NCBI GenBank assembly: GCA_963823035.1
Contig: CAWGKG010000004.1
Coordinates: 384,001 to 448,000, forward strand
Direction: 5' to 3'
Length of the DNA stretch: 64,000 nt
Origin: an uncultured Gemmatimonadales bacterium
GTDB taxonomy: Bacteria > Gemmatimonadota > Gemmatimonadetes > Longimicrobiales > Gaopeijiaceae
The position numbers were made by a program, and so were the translations under genes. Within the stretch, counting starts at the first letter, position 1, and each line of letters starts with the position of its first letter. This document shows, piece after piece, positions 11,966-24,067 of the stretch. Under the pieces are notes generated by a model. That model did not search any database. It saw only the letters and a program-made list of their open reading frames with translations, and was not told where the DNA came from.

Positions 11966-12862
11966 GTGACGCGCGCGCGCACCGCGGCGCTCGCCGCGCT
12001 CTTCCTCGCGGCCGCGTGCGCGCCGGACGCGCCCGAACCGCAGGCGGAGCCGACGACGTCGATCCCGGAGGCGCCGGCCGACGCGGTGGTCGGCCTGGAC
12101 TGGTCGGCGGACGGCAGCCGCCTGGCGGTGGCGTGGCTGCGTCGCGACCGAACGCGCATCTACGGCCTGCTCGCCCCCTTCGACAGCACGGCCCCCGAGC
12201 CGTCCACGGGGATCCCGATCACGAACGGCGAGGCGTCTTCCCCCACGTGGTCGCCGGACGGCCAATGGCTCGCGTTCGCCACCACGCGGGACGGCAACGG
12301 CGAGATCTACCGCGTCCGCCCCGACGGCACGGGTCCGGAGAACCTCACGCGCGACCCCGCGGAGGACTCGGAGCCCGCGTACGGCCACGGGGGAGCGCGT
12401 ATCGCGTTCGTCTCGACGCGTGGGGAGGGGGGGAGGCCGCGGATCTGGACCATGGGCGGGGACGGCCGGGACGCGCGCGCCCTGGGCGACGACCCGGCCG
12501 GCGCGCAGCACGCACCCGCCTGGTCTCCCGACGGGAGTCGCCTGGCCTTTGCCGTGGGGGAGGGCGCCCGCACCGCGGTCTGGGTCGCCCGTGTCGACCC
12601 CTACGCGCCGGTGCGCGTCGCCGACGGAAGCGCTCCCGCCTGGTCGCACGACGGATCGACGCTCTTCTACACGCGCGCGGATTCGCTCTTCGCGCGGTCG
12701 CCGGCAACGCCCGACGGCGCGGAGGACTACCTCACGGAGGGCCGCGCGCCGTGCGCTTCACCCGACGGCGGCTGGCTCGCCTTCGTCCGCGGGGACCGGA
12801 GCTCCGCGGCGCTCTACCTCCTGGACCTCCGGCGCTCGACGGAACGCCGCATCACCCCCTGA
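11966..12862 (+). CDS. TolB-like (PD40 repeat) lipoprotein
   Basis: LAAAC lipobox; repeated PxWSPDG motifs; GGAGG before GTG 11966. Confidence 0.8.
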   Translation: MTRARTAALAALFLAAACAPDAPEPQAEPTTSIPEAPADAVVGLDWSADGSRLAVAWLRRDRTRIYGLLAPFDSTAPEPSTGIPITNGEASSPTWSPDGQWLAFATTRDGNGEIYRVRPDGTGPENLTRDPAEDSEPAYGHGGARIAFVSTRGEGGRPRIWTMGGDGRDARALGDDPAGAQHAPAWSPDGSRLAFAVGEGARTAVWVARVDPYAPVRVADGSAPAWSHDGSTLFYTRADSLFARSPATPDGAEDYLTEGRAPCASPDGGWLAFVRGDRSSAALYLLDLRRSTERRITP

Positions 12863-12874
12863 GCGTCGCCCCCC

Positions 12875-14893
12875 ATGGAACCGAATCTCCTGACGGACGT
12901 CGTGGTCCTCCTCGGCGTGTCGCTCGTGGTGCTCTACCTCGCCCACGGGCTGCGCCTCCCTCCCATCGTCGCGTTTCTGGCCACCGGCATGCTTCTCGGA
13001 CCCCATGGCCTGGGTGCCGTGCGCGCCGTCCACGAGGTGGAGCAGCTCGCCGAGATCGGCGTCATCCTGGTGCTCTTTACGGTGGGGCTCGAGTTCTCAC
13101 TCAAGGACCTCCTCCGCATCCGACGCACGGTGCTGGTGGGGGGCACCGTCCAGATGCTCGCCGTGATCGGGGTGGTCTATGCCGTGCTGGCGGCCCTGGG
13201 CATGGCGCGACGCGAGGCGCTCTTCCTGGGACTGATCGCGTCGCTGAGCAGCACGGCGGTGGTGCTGCGTATCCTCCAGCAACGCGCGGAGGTGGACGCG
13301 GCGCACGGGCGGACGAGCCTGGCCGTGCTGGTCTACCAGGACCTCATGATCGTGCCGATGATGCTCCTGGTTCCGGTCCTGGCGGGCGCCGGCGGGAGCG
13401 TCGCGGTCGCGATCGGCGGCTTCGCCGTGAAGGCCGTGGCGATCCTGGCGATGGTGCTGCTGCTGGCTCGCGTCGTCGTCCCGCGCATGCTCGAGCGCGT
13501 GGTGGGCACGCGCAGCCGGGACATGTTCCTGCTTGCCGTGGTGACCACGTGCCTCGCGGTGGCCTGGCTCGCCGCGGCCGGCGGCCTGTCGCTGGCGCTG
13601 GGTGCCTTCCTGGCGGGCCTGATCGTCTCCGAGTCCGAGTACAGCCATCAAGCCCTCGCGGACATCCTGCCCTTCCGGGACCTCTTCTCGAGCTTCTTCT
13701 TCGTCTCCATCGGCATGCTCCTCGACCTGCGCCTGGTGGCCCAATCCCCCGTGCTGCTGTCGGTGCTGGTGGTGGGGGTGCTCGCGGTCAAGGCGGGCGC
13801 GGCCGCCCTGGCGACCCTCGCGGTCGGCCTGTCGATCCGTACCGCGGCGCTGACGGGGATGGCGTTGGCACAGGTGGGGGAGTTCTCGTTCATCCTCGCG
13901 GGAAGTGGGTTGCGTGAGGGGATCATCGCCGCCGCGTCCTACCAGTGGTTCCTGGCGGCCGCGGTGGCTTCCATCGGGGCCACGCCGTTCCTCATCGCCG
14001 CCGCGCCGCGCCTCGCGGAAGCGCTGGACCGGCTGCCGCTGCCCGAGCGCCTCAAGGTGGGCGGGATGGCCGCGTCGACGCTCGAGGCTCCACCCGGCGC
14101 CGCTCCGCAGTCGGATCACCTGGTTGTGGTGGGCTTCGGCGTGAACGGCGGCAACGTGGGTCGCGCGGCCACCGTGGCCGGCATCCCCTTCACGGTCATC
14201 GAGATGAACCCGGCGGTGGTGCGGGCCGAACGAGCCAACGGGGTACCGATCCACTACGGCGACGCGACGCAGGCAGCCGTGCTCGAGCGCGCGGGCGTAC
14301 CTCGCGCACGTGTCGTGATCGTCGCCATCTCCGACGCCGCCGCGACGCGACGCGTGACGGCGCTGTCGCGCTCGTTGAGTCCGGCGTGCCGGATCATCGC
14401 GCGAACGAGGTACCTGCACGAGGTCGACCCGCTCCGTCTCGCGGGCGCCGACCTGGTGATCCCCGAGGAGCTCGAGACGTCGCTCGAGATCGTGGCACGC
14501 GTGCTCGCCAGCTACCTCGTGCCGAAGAGGGAGATCGATGCGTTCCTGGCCGAGGTGCGTGCGGGCGGATACGGAATGCTGCGGGCTCCGACCTTCCCCG
14601 GTCCGAGCCTGGCCGATCTCCAGCCGCGCCTGGCCGAGATCGAGATCTCGACCCTGCGCGTCGATGCGGGAAGCAGCCTGGTCGGACAGCGGCTCGGCGA
14701 GACGGACCTCCGTCGGCTCTTCGGCGTCACGGTGGTCGCGATCCGGCGGGGCGACGCGTTCCTGTCCAATCCGGGTGCGGAGGCCTCCTTGCAGGCGAAC
14801 GACGCCCTGATCGTCATGGGCTTGAACGAGGAGATCGCGTCGGCGGCGTCGCTCTTCCGCGCGGAGGGGCTGGACCCGTCGGGTCGGGAATGA
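12875..14893 (+). CDS. CPA2/Kef-type cation:proton antiporter with TrkA-N and TrkA-C domains
   Basis: Many TM helices; [48 protein letters not shown]. Confidence 0.92.
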   Translation: MEPNLLTDVVVLLGVSLVVLYLAHGLRLPPIVAFLATGMLLGPHGLGAVRAVHEVEQLAEIGVILVLFTVGLEFSLKDLLRIRRTVLVGGTVQMLAVIGVVYAVLAALGMARREALFLGLIASLSSTAVVLRILQQRAEVDAAHGRTSLAVLVYQDLMIVPMMLLVPVLAGAGGSVAVAIGGFAVKAVAILAMVLLLARVVVPRMLERVVGTRSRDMFLLAVVTTCLAVAWLAAAGGLSLALGAFLAGLIVSESEYSHQALADILPFRDLFSSFFFVSIGMLLDLRLVAQSPVLLSVLVVGVLAVKAGAAALATLAVGLSIRTAALTGMALAQVGEFSFILAGSGLREGIIAAASYQWFLAAAVASIGATPFLIAAAPRLAEALDRLPLPERLKVGGMAASTLEAPPGAAPQSDHLVVVGFGVNGGNVGRAATVAGIPFTVIEMNPAVVRAERANGVPIHYGDATQAAVLERAGVPRARVVIVAISDAAATRRVTALSRSLSPACRIIARTRYLHEVDPLRLAGADLVIPEELETSLEIVARVLASYLVPKREIDAFLAEVRAGGYGMLRAPTFPGPSLADLQPRLAEIEISTLRVDAGSSLVGQRLGETDLRRLFGVTVVAIRRGDAFLSNPGAEASLQANDALIVMGLNEEIASAASLFRAEGLDPSGRE

Positions 14894-14935
14894 CTAACAT
14901 CTCCGCCCACCAAAGGCGCGGAGCACGAGAGGATC

Positions 14936-15433
14936 ATGGCACAGAACTCCTTCGACATCTCCACCGGCGTCGACATGCAGGAGGTCGACAACGCGGTCAA
15001 CATGGCCGCCAAGGAGGTCGCGACCCGCTACGACTTCAAGGGCACGAGCTGCACGCTCGACTTCGACCGCAAGGAAGCGGTGGTCAAGTTGGACGCCGAC
15101 GACGAGTACAGGCTGAAGGCGCTCATGGGTGTGCTACGGGAGAAGCTGTCGCGGCGCGGCGTCCCGCTGAAGAACCTGGACGAAGGGAAGGTGGAGGTGG
15201 GCTCGCTCGGCCGTGCGCGCCAGGCGCTCGGGCTCAAGCAGGGCATCGACCAGGAGACGGCCAAGAAGATCTCGAAGGAGGTCCGCGACGAGGGCTTCAA
15301 GAAGGTCCAGGTGTCGATCCAGGGCGAGGAACTTCGGGTGACGTCGCCGTCCCGGGACACCCTGCAGGAGGTCATGGCGTTCGTGAAGTCCCGCGACTAC
15401 GGGGTGGAGCTGCAGTTCGGGAACTACCGATAG
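14936..15433 (+). CDS. yajQ: YajQ nucleotide/c-di-GMP-binding protein
   Basis: [43 protein letters not shown]. Confidence 0.95.
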   Translation: MAQNSFDISTGVDMQEVDNAVNMAAKEVATRYDFKGTSCTLDFDRKEAVVKLDADDEYRLKALMGVLREKLSRRGVPLKNLDEGKVEVGSLGRARQALGLKQGIDQETAKKISKEVRDEGFKKVQVSIQGEELRVTSPSRDTLQEVMAFVKSRDYGVELQFGNYR

Positions 15434-15516
15434 GCGCGCCCCGGCCGCGGGCGGCTGGCGCGCATTTCCGCGCCCGGTCCGAAGGTGCAAGCCCACCCAT
15501 CGAGGAGGAGCATCCC

Positions 15517-16518
<1,002 letters not shown>

Positions 16519-16564
16519 TGGCGGACGAGCCGAACCGCGGATGCCGGAGCGCGCGGCGCGCCCC

Positions 16565-18901
16565 TCACCTCGGTCCGAGGGCGCGGAAGAGGTAGCTGAT
16601 CTTCACGAAGAAGGCGTCGTCCGTGCGGCGCAGCCGATCGAAGCGGAGCGGATCGGGCTCGGTCATCGTGTTGCCGTAGCCGAGGAAGAACACCGTCCCG
16701 GGCGTCGGTCGGTAGGAGAAGAGCCAATCGGCGCGAAGCGCGTTGGACACGGTGGCCGTGGTGGGCTCGTACGTCCCCGGCCCGGTGCGCCTCAGCAGCA
16801 GCCTACCCGTGCGCGGATCGCGCAGGGCGGTGCGCTCCGTGGCCGTGTACTGGGCCACCATGCGCAGGAAGATCGACCGCGTGACCTGATACTCGAGCTT
16901 CAGGCGCGGGATGCGCGTGAGCTGCGTGCGCTCGCCGTCGCTCCGGCGCGTGAAGCGGCTGCTCCGGTAGGTCGCGCCGATGCGGATCTGCTGCGTCGGG
17001 CGGACGTCGAGGCTCGCGTTCCAGTCCCGGCGGGAGACGCGCGAGGTCTCCAGGAAGTCCACGTCGCGACCGGTGGTGAGGCCGACCGACGCGGCGAAGC
17101 GCGCGAACTGCGGCGTGGTCACGTTCCACCGGGTGGTGAAGGCCGTGATGCGGTCTGACGGCCGGAAGGGCGCCGGCGCGGCCACCAGCCCCGAGTAGAG
17201 GTCCGCGTAGTCCGCGGGATCGAAGCCGTAGCTCGAGAGCGTAGGTGACACGCCGACCGACCATCCGCCGCGCAGCGTGACCTCGTTGTTCATCGACAGC
17301 TGGTCTTCGAGCAGGCTTCGGCCGGCGAAGAAGTCGTCGTAGCGCCACAGCGCGGTGCCGCGCACGAACGTGTTGTAGCGCTCGGCCAGCGCGCCCTGCG
17401 CGCCGTAGAGCGTGAAACGGTTCGCGACGCCCACCTCGACGATGTCCGTGCGCTGCACGAAGCCGTTGTCGGCCGCGAAGCCGTCGCCCAGTCCCTTCAC
17501 CGAGTAGTGGAAGCCGTAGCTTCGCCCCGTGCGGTCGACCGCCGCCTCCCACATGGGCGCGGACCGGGTCGCGCCGTCCTCGGTGGTCGCGCTGAAAGCG
17601 CCCTGGAACTGCGCGTAGTAGAGCCCTCCGAAGACCCAACGCACGTCGGCGCCGCCCAGGTGGTTGCCGCGCCCGCCGCCCGACCGCTCGCTGACGAGCA
17701 TCCCCACGGTCGACTGGGTGCCGATGCCGCGCCGCACGCGCAGGATGCCCACGAACGGGCGGGAGCCGTCGGCCGTGGTGGAGGGGTCGTCCAGGGCGGA
17801 GAGCACGGCCACGTCCGTGCGGCCCACCTTCCCCGTGAGCTTCACCGCCGCCTCCGGCCGCACCACCCTGCGGGTGTACACGAGCGTGTTCGGCACGTTG
17901 AACTGGTCGGCACCCTCCACGAAGAACGGTCGCCGCTCGGCGTAGAAGAGCGCGAAGCGCTCGTCGGCCGCGATCTGCGTGGCGTCCGCCTCCACCTGGC
18001 TGAAGTCCGGCTTCACGGTGCCGTTCAGCACCGCGTTGCTTCCCATCGCCCAGCGCACGTTGCCGCCGATGCGGGGCTCGTTGTCGTAGCGCCAGTCGCC
18101 GGCGTCGGGGCCGTCGCCCGAGATCGGGCTGCCCGTCGCGGTCGTCGTGAGCTCCGGGTTGAGCTGGACGACCTGGCCGTGGTGCATCCCGGTGAGGCCG
18201 ACCAGCGTCCCCTCCTGGTCGATGAACGACGCGGCCGCCTTCCGCGTCTCGGTCCAGGTGATCTCGTAGCCGCTGTGCTGCACGTTGCGCTGGATCTGGA
18301 TCCCCCAGTCCTGCGTGGACGCCGTCGGGTAGCGCAGGCTCGAGAAGGGGATGCGGATCTCCACCTCGTAGCCGTCGTCCGTGATCCGGCCCTTGGACTC
18401 CCAGATGTAGTCGGCGCTCAGGTCGTTCTGGCCGGGCATCACGTTGGAGCCCGGGATGAAGCCGCCCCCCTCGCTCTTGGTCCCGTCCGCCTGGACGCCG
18501 AGCGCGTTGACGATGAAGACGAGCGCACGATTGCGCTCGTCGTAGGTGTCCAGGAGGATCTCGACGTTGTCGTCGGAATCCACCTTGTCGCGGTCGGCCA
18601 GCGTGGCACGCACGGCCCCGTGCGGCTCGAACGCACGCACGCCGAAGTAGATCGCCTCGGGCGAGTACCAGACGAGCACGTCCGTCGAGTCGGGTGAGGG
18701 GCGCTGGTCCACCGGCTGGTAGACGGAGAAGCCGGTCAGAACGGCGGCGCGCCGCCAGACCGGCTCGTCGAGCACGCCGTCGATCGTCACGGAGGCATCC
18801 AGGGCGGGCGCCCGTACCTCGGTCTCGCCCCGACGGGCGTGGTAGACCGTGGCGGTCGTATCGGGGGCGAGCTGAAGCGCTGCGAGGAGGGTCAGGAGCA
18901 T
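16565..18901 (-). CDS. Outer-membrane protein with CBM9-like N-terminal domain (DUF5916-like)
   Basis: IDGVLDEPVW, VEIRIPFSSLRY, PDFSQVEAD, ERRPFFVEG; C-terminal FFVKISYLF. Confidence 0.8.
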   Translation of the reverse strand: MLLTLLAALQLAPDTTATVYHARRGETEVRAPALDASVTIDGVLDEPVWRRAAVLTGFSVYQPVDQRPSPDSTDVLVWYSPEAIYFGVRAFEPHGAVRATLADRDKVDSDDNVEILLDTYDERNRALVFIVNALGVQADGTKSEGGGFIPGSNVMPGQNDLSADYIWESKGRITDDGYEVEIRIPFSSLRYPTASTQDWGIQIQRNVQHSGYEITWTETRKAAASFIDQEGTLVGLTGMHHGQVVQLNPELTTTATGSPISGDGPDAGDWRYDNEPRIGGNVRWAMGSNAVLNGTVKPDFSQVEADATQIAADERFALFYAERRPFFVEGADQFNVPNTLVYTRRVVRPEAAVKLTGKVGRTDVAVLSALDDPSTTADGSRPFVGILRVRRGIGTQSTVGMLVSERSGGGRGNHLGGADVRWVFGGLYYAQFQGAFSATTEDGATRSAPMWEAAVDRTGRSYGFHYSVKGLGDGFAADNGFVQRTDIVEVGVANRFTLYGAQGALAERYNTFVRGTALWRYDDFFAGRSLLEDQLSMNNEVTLRGGWSVGVSPTLSSYGFDPADYADLYSGLVAAPAPFRPSDRITAFTTRWNVTTPQFARFAASVGLTTGRDVDFLETSRVSRRDWNASLDVRPTQQIRIGATYRSSRFTRRSDGERTQLTRIPRLKLEYQVTRSIFLRMVAQYTATERTALRDPRTGRLLLRRTGPGTYEPTTATVSNALRADWLFSYRPTPGTVFFLGYGNTMTEPDPLRFDRLRRTDDAFFVKISYLFRALGPR

Positions 18902-18929
18902 GTCGAAGGGGGTGAGGCGGGCGGGCTGC

Positions 18930-19442
18930 TCAGAAGGCCACGTCGAACTCCTCCTCGCCGTGGCCGAACGAGTAGGTCTTCTGGGTCTGGTCCGGGAAGT
19001 GGACGAACTTCACGATGTTGCGCTGGTCGTCGAACAGCTCGAGCAGGAGCGTGTTGCGCACGTGGAAGGTCGTGACCGTGCCGGGCGCCTCGAACTGGAC
19101 GGCGTACCACCACACCGGCTCGCGGTCCAGCTCGTCACGTCCGGACGCGACGATCCGTCCGGTGAGGGTCTTCCCCTGCACGGACAGCCCGAAGCACGCG
19201 TTGAAATACGTGAGGAAGGCCGCGTCGGTGGCAGGGTCGTCCTCGAGCTCCAGGTCGGGGCGGCCGGAGTGGCCGCGCAGGGCGGCCCGGAGGTCGTCGA
19301 GGAAGAAGCGGATGCGCACGATGACGACGTCGTTCTCGACCGCGGCGGCGCCGTAGGTGACGTGCAGCTTGTGCGCGGCCGAGGCCCCCGCGTCCCCGAC
19401 GGGCGCGAGGGCCATCACCAGCGACAGGAGGGCGACGATCAT
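18930..19442 (-). CDS. Secreted protein (DUF6702-like)
   Basis: Signal peptide then AHKLHVT; RFFLDDL; NTLLLELFDDQRNIV; ATGA overlap with the peptidase gene. Confidence 0.75.
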   Translation of the reverse strand: MIVALLSLVMALAPVGDAGASAAHKLHVTYGAAAVENDVVIVRIRFFLDDLRAALRGHSGRPDLELEDDPATDAAFLTYFNACFGLSVQGKTLTGRIVASGRDELDREPVWWYAVQFEAPGTVTTFHVRNTLLLELFDDQRNIVKFVHFPDQTQKTYSFGHGEEEFDVAF

Positions 19443-21541
19443 TCCGTGATCGGTCGCTTCCACACGTTGTTGGACCGATCGATGTCGGCGAACGCCTGGT
19501 CCGGGTCGATGACGATCTCCACGATCTCCTTGTTCCCGAAGAAGCCGGCCGTGAAGGTCAGCTCGTTGTTGCGCCATATGTCGACCGGGAAGCTGCGGCG
19601 CTCCTTCGTGCCGTCGTCGTACGTGACCTCGATCTCGAGCGGCATCACCAGCCCGCCCTCGTTGTCGACCTTGATGCGGTAGTAGTACTGACCGCGCGCG
19701 TCGTCACCCACCAGCTCCCTGGCCGCCTGCACCGAGACGTCGGCCACCGCCTGGTCGTTCGCGTGCGTCGTGTAGAACCACCCGCGCCAGAACCAGGCGA
19801 GGTTCTCACCCGCGCCCTCCTCCATCGAGCGGAAGAAGTCGGCCGGCTGCGGATGCTTGAACATCCATCCCTGCGCGTAGTAGTGGAACGCGTCGTCGAA
19901 CGCCTTCTCGCCGAGGACGTGCTCGCGCAGCATCACCAACCCGGTGGCCGGCTTGGCGTAGCCGTTGTTGCCGAAGTCCTTGGCGATCAGGTCGGACTCC
20001 GTCATGAGCGGCTCCTGGTCCGGGTCGCTCATGTAGTCGACGATGTTCGGCGCGGGCCCGCGCTGCGTCTCCGCCGGCCACGCGCAGTCCGCCGTCTGCG
20101 TCCACTGCTCCCCGCAGTAGGATTTCGCGTAGTCACGCTCGCCGTAGTACTGCAGGAAGGAGTTCAGCCCCTCGTCCATCCACGTCCACTTGCGCTCGTC
20201 GGTGGCCACGATCATGGGGAACCAGTTGTGCCCCACCTCGTGCACGGTGACGCCGATGAGGCCGCGCTCCGTCGCGTCGCTGTACGTGCCGTCCGGCTGC
20301 GGCCGCCGGCCGCAGAAGGCGATCATCGGGTACTCCATCCCGCCCACGGGGCCGTTGGCGTTGACCGCCTTCGGGTAGGGGTACTCGAAGGCGAGCCGGC
20401 CGTACGTCTTCATGGTCTGGATGGTCGCGCGCGTCGACACCTTGTCCCAGAGCGGAATGGCGTCGCGCGGGTACAGCGAGTGGATCTTGATGGTCCGGTC
20501 GTCCGGACGGTACTTGAAGCCCGCGGCGTCCCACACGTACGTCTTCGAGCTGATCCAGGCGAAGTCGCGCACGTCGTCGGCCTTGAAGTGCCAGGTGAGC
20601 GTGCCCGAGCGCGTCGGGCGCGCCTCCGGCTTCATGACCTCGTCGGGGCGGACGATGAAGCGCGGCTCCTCGCTCCCGTACGCCTCCTCGAGCCGCTGCC
20701 GCTGCGTGGCCGTGAGCACCTCCTCCGGGTTCTGCAGCTCGCCCGTGGCGTCCACGATGTGGTTCCACGGCACGGTGATGCGCACGTCGTAGTTCCCGAA
20801 CTCCAGGTAGAACTCGCCGCGCCCCATGAACTGGTCCGTCTGCCACCCGTTCACGTCGTCGTAGACGCTCATGCGTGGGAACCACTGCGCGTTCTCGTAG
20901 AGCCAGCCGTCGTTGACCAGCTCCTTCGCGCCGCGCCCCGCGTCGGGGACGATGTGGTGCCAGTCGACCTCGAACGCCTGCACCCCTCCGGACTCGAGCG
21001 GCTCCTCGAGGTTCACCCGCATGATCGTGTTGTTGATCCGGTAGTCCGCGTCGACGAGCGTGCCGTCGTCACGCACGAGCTGCACGCGCGTCAGGGTGTA
21101 GCCCGCGTCCGACGGGTCGAGCCCCAGGAAGCGGCGCGCCATCGGGCTCACGCGCTCGGGAATCGCGCCGGCCGCGGCCCGCGAGCGGCTGTGCTCCTCC
21201 GACGCCTGGTTCTGGTCGAGCTGCACCCAGAGGAAGCGCAGGACGTCCGGGGAGTTGTTGTGGTACGTGATGCGCTCGGACCCGTGCAGGGAGTGGTCCG
21301 TGGTGTCGAGCGCGACGTCGATGCGGTAGTCGGCCTGCTGCTGCCAGTAGCGCGGGCCCGGCATGCCCGCGGCGTTCCGGTAGTCGTTGGGGTCCGGCCA
21401 CTCCTCGAGGATGCGGAACATCGACTTGTTCGTCTTCGAGCCGTCGTCGTGCAGCCATTGCTGCGCGGCCGCGGGCGCGACGCGCCCGACGCAGGCCAGG
21501 AGGAGGCATGCGCCGAGGGCGCGAAGGAGGCGGAGCTTCAT
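19439..21541 (-). CDS. Secreted M1-family metallopeptidase
   Basis: GGMEYPM, HEVGHNWF, WMDEGLN, YAKPA; signal peptide MKLRLLRALG. Confidence 0.92.
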   Translation of the reverse strand: MKLRLLRALGACLLLACVGRVAPAAAQQWLHDDGSKTNKSMFRILEEWPDPNDYRNAAGMPGPRYWQQQADYRIDVALDTTDHSLHGSERITYHNNSPDVLRFLWVQLDQNQASEEHSRSRAAAGAIPERVSPMARRFLGLDPSDAGYTLTRVQLVRDDGTLVDADYRINNTIMRVNLEEPLESGGVQAFEVDWHHIVPDAGRGAKELVNDGWLYENAQWFPRMSVYDDVNGWQTDQFMGRGEFYLEFGNYDVRITVPWNHIVDATGELQNPEEVLTATQRQRLEEAYGSEEPRFIVRPDEVMKPEARPTRSGTLTWHFKADDVRDFAWISSKTYVWDAAGFKYRPDDRTIKIHSLYPRDAIPLWDKVSTRATIQTMKTYGRLAFEYPYPKAVNANGPVGGMEYPMIAFCGRRPQPDGTYSDATERGLIGVTVHEVGHNWFPMIVATDERKWTWMDEGLNSFLQYYGERDYAKSYCGEQWTQTADCAWPAETQRGPAPNIVDYMSDPDQEPLMTESDLIAKDFGNNGYAKPATGLVMLREHVLGEKAFDDAFHYYAQGWMFKHPQPADFFRSMEEGAGENLAWFWRGWFYTTHANDQAVADVSVQAARELVGDDARGQYYYRIKVDNEGGLVMPLEIEVTYDDGTKERRSFPVDIWRNNELTFTAGFFGNKEIVEIVIDPDQAFADIDRSNNVWKRPITE

Positions 21542-21579
21542 GGTGTGCACTCCATGCGGAGGAGCGGGGTTCGCGGTCA

Positions 21580-22179
21580 TCACGGAATGCGCTCTGCCAG
21601 GAGGAGCAGCGCGGCGAGGGAGGTCACGGAAGAAAGGATAACCGTCCAGAGGGCAGGACGCATACGCCCCAGGCGGACCACCCCCCAGCTCGTCAGCAGC
21701 ACCCCGGACAAGATGCCGATCTGCCCCAGCTCGAGGCCCACGTTGAAGGAGAAGAGCGGGAGGGCGATGCTCTCCTCCTCCCCAAGCAGGGCGCGCAGGA
21801 AGGTGGAGAAGCCCAGCCCGTGGATGAGCCCGAAGAAGAGGGCCATGGCGTATTTCACCTGCTGCTGGCGGCCGGGTCGTCCGAGGCGTTCGCCGGGCGT
21901 GCGTGTCTCCCACAGGTTGAAGAGGCCGGTGGCCAGGATCGTGCAGGGGATCAGGAACTCCACCAGGGCGCTGCTCACGGACACGAGCCGCAGCGTGGCC
22001 AGCGCGAGGGTGATCGAGTGGCCGACCGTGAAGGCGGTCACCAGCATGAGGAGATGGCGCCAATGCGTCAGGGCGTAGCCTGCCGTGAGCGCGACGATGA
22101 AGAGGATGTGGTCGTACGCGCCCGGGTCCGCGATGTGGTCGAACCCGAGGCGCAGGTAGACGGCGAAGGTCGAGTGCAT
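21580..22179 (-). CDS. HupE/UreJ-family membrane protein
   Basis: LGFDHI..DHILF, TAFTVGHSITL, FGLIHGLGF, FNVGLELGQ. Confidence 0.9.
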   Translation of the reverse strand: MHSTFAVYLRLGFDHIADPGAYDHILFIVALTAGYALTHWRHLLMLVTAFTVGHSITLALATLRLVSVSSALVEFLIPCTILATGLFNLWETRTPGERLGRPGRQQQVKYAMALFFGLIHGLGFSTFLRALLGEEESIALPLFSFNVGLELGQIGILSGVLLTSWGVVRLGRMRPALWTVILSSVTSLAALLLLAERIP

Positions 22180-22324
22180 GGTGGGCGAAGATAGGCCCGG
22201 GGGAGCGCGCCGCCACGGGGCCTGGGCGCCTGCTCTCCGGGGGAGCGGGCGCGGGTGTCCGGGCGCGAACCCCCGACGTAGCTTCTCGGGGCTCCTCCGA
22301 TGGAACCCGCACTCGAGGTCCGGC

Positions 22325-24067
22325 ATGAACGTCGGTACGTCCGCCCTGGTCTTCGTCGTCCTCGCCCTGCCCGCCTGCGCCGGGCAGGAGTCCGCCGGCT
22401 CCGAGGCGGCGGACGAAGCCCGGCGCATCGCCACGGAGTTCGCGGACGGGTACTACCACCAGTTCCCGGAAGAGGCGTACGAGATCGGTTACCCGGACAC
22501 GCCCATGGAGGAGCTGGGGGACCGTGGCCGGGCCGCCATGGACGCCTGGCGCGCCCGGGAGGACGCCTGGGTCGAGCGCCTCCACGCCCTCGACACCACG
22601 GCGCTGAAGGGGACGGGCGGCGAGGTCCCGTGGGCCTTCACGCTCGACCGTCTCGAGGCGTCGCAAGGACGGCGCGTGTGTCACATGGAGCTGTGGAACG
22701 TGAGCCCCACGTGGACGGGTTGGCAGAGCATGCTCGCGTCGACGTTCGCGGTGCAGCCGGTGGCGACCGCCGAGGAGCGGGCGGACGCGCTGGCACGGCT
22801 CGGGGAGGTGCCCGCCTATCTCGAGCGTGAGATGGAGAACCTGCGCGACGGGATGTCCGCCGGCTACCTGGCGGCGCAGTCCAACGTCGACGCGGTCCTG
22901 AGCCAGGTGGACGCCCTCCTCGCCGCCCCGCCCGAGGACTCGCCCTTCTTCTTGCCGGCCGACCACGCGGACGACCCGGCGTTCTCCAGCGACGTGCGCA
23001 CCCGCATCGTCGAGGAGATCCGCCCCGCGATGGCGCGGTACCGGACGTTTCTCGCGGAGGGCTACAGAGGGAGGGAGCCGGTGGGCGTGGCCGCGAACCC
23101 CGACGGGGCGGCGTGCTACCGGGCGTCCGTGCGCTTCCACACGTCACTCGACCTCGACCCGGAGGCGATCCACGAGACGGGGCTGCGGGAGATGGACCGC
23201 ATCCAGGCCGAGATGCAGGAGATTGCCCGCGGCAGCTTCGCCACCGACGACGTGAAGGGGCTGCTGCAGCGCCTGCGCACCGACCCGCGCTACACCTTCC
23301 GCTCCGAGGACGACGTGATGGCGTACGCGCGTGCCGCCGTCGACCGGGCGGCCGTGGCGGTGCACGACTGGTTCGGCTTCGTGCCCGACGCCCAGGTGAT
23401 CGTGAAGCCGTTCCCCGCCTACCAGAAGGCGTCCGGCGGTGGCTTCTACTCCTCCGGTTCGGCGGACGGGAGCCGGCCCGGGACATACGAGTTGGGCACC
23501 TACGACCCCACCTCGATCAGCAAGGCGGGGATGGAGGCGACCGCCTTCCACGAGACGTATCCCGGCCACCACCTGCAGATGTCGGTGGCGCTCTACGGCG
23601 GGGACGTCCATCCGGTGCTCCGCTACGTCTACGTGGCGGCGATGGCGGAAGGGTGGGGGCTCTACTCGGAGCGGCTGGCCGACGAGATGGGCCTCTACTC
23701 CTCGGACGTGGACCGGCTGGGGATGCTGTCCAACGAGGCCCTGCGGGCCGCGCGGCTCGTGGTGGATCCGGGGATGCACGTGCTCGGGTGGTCGCGCGAG
23801 CGCGCCATCCAGTACATGCTCGACCACACGGCCGAGTCGCGGAACTCCGTGGAAGGTGAGATCGACCGCTACATTGCCGTCCCCGGCCAGGCGACGGCAT
23901 ACATGACCGGGAGCCTCGAGATCCAGCGGCTCCGGCACGATGCCGAGGAGGCGCTGGGAGACCGCTTCGACATCCGGGGCTTCCACGACACCGTGCTGAA
24001 GGACGGGGCCGTCACCCTGCCGATGCTTCGTGACGCCGTGTCCCGTTGGGTGGAGGAGAACCGATGA
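22325..24067 (+). CDS. DUF885-family lipoprotein (putative metallopeptidase)
   Basis: LPAC lipobox; HETYPGHHLQ, EGWGLYSE, RLVVDPGMH, PGQATAY. Confidence 0.9.
   Translation: MNVGTSALVFVVLALPACAGQESAGSEAADEARRIATEFADGYYHQFPEEAYEIGYPDTPMEELGDRGRAAMDAWRAREDAWVERLHALDTTALKGTGGEVPWAFTLDRLEASQGRRVCHMELWNVSPTWTGWQSMLASTFAVQPVATAEERADALARLGEVPAYLEREMENLRDGMSAGYLAAQSNVDAVLSQVDALLAAPPEDSPFFLPADHADDPAFSSDVRTRIVEEIRPAMARYRTFLAEGYRGREPVGVAANPDGAACYRASVRFHTSLDLDPEAIHETGLREMDRIQAEMQEIARGSFATDDVKGLLQRLRTDPRYTFRSEDDVMAYARAAVDRAAVAVHDWFGFVPDAQVIVKPFPAYQKASGGGFYSSGSADGSRPGTYELGTYDPTSISKAGMEATAFHETYPGHHLQMSVALYGGDVHPVLRYVYVAAMAEGWGLYSERLADEMGLYSSDVDRLGMLSNEALRAARLVVDPGMHVLGWSRERAIQYMLDHTAESRNSVEGEIDRYIAVPGQATAYMTGSLEIQRLRHDAEEALGDRFDIRGFHDTVLKDGAVTLPMLRDAVSRWVEENR

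Noticed and set aside
19439..23140. 1233-aa ORF suggesting a giant M1 peptidase
   Set aside because: The upstream extension overlaps hupE and DUF885 in non-coding frames; the signal peptide starts at 21541. The 13945-16518 and 40001-43300 ORFs are similar artefacts.
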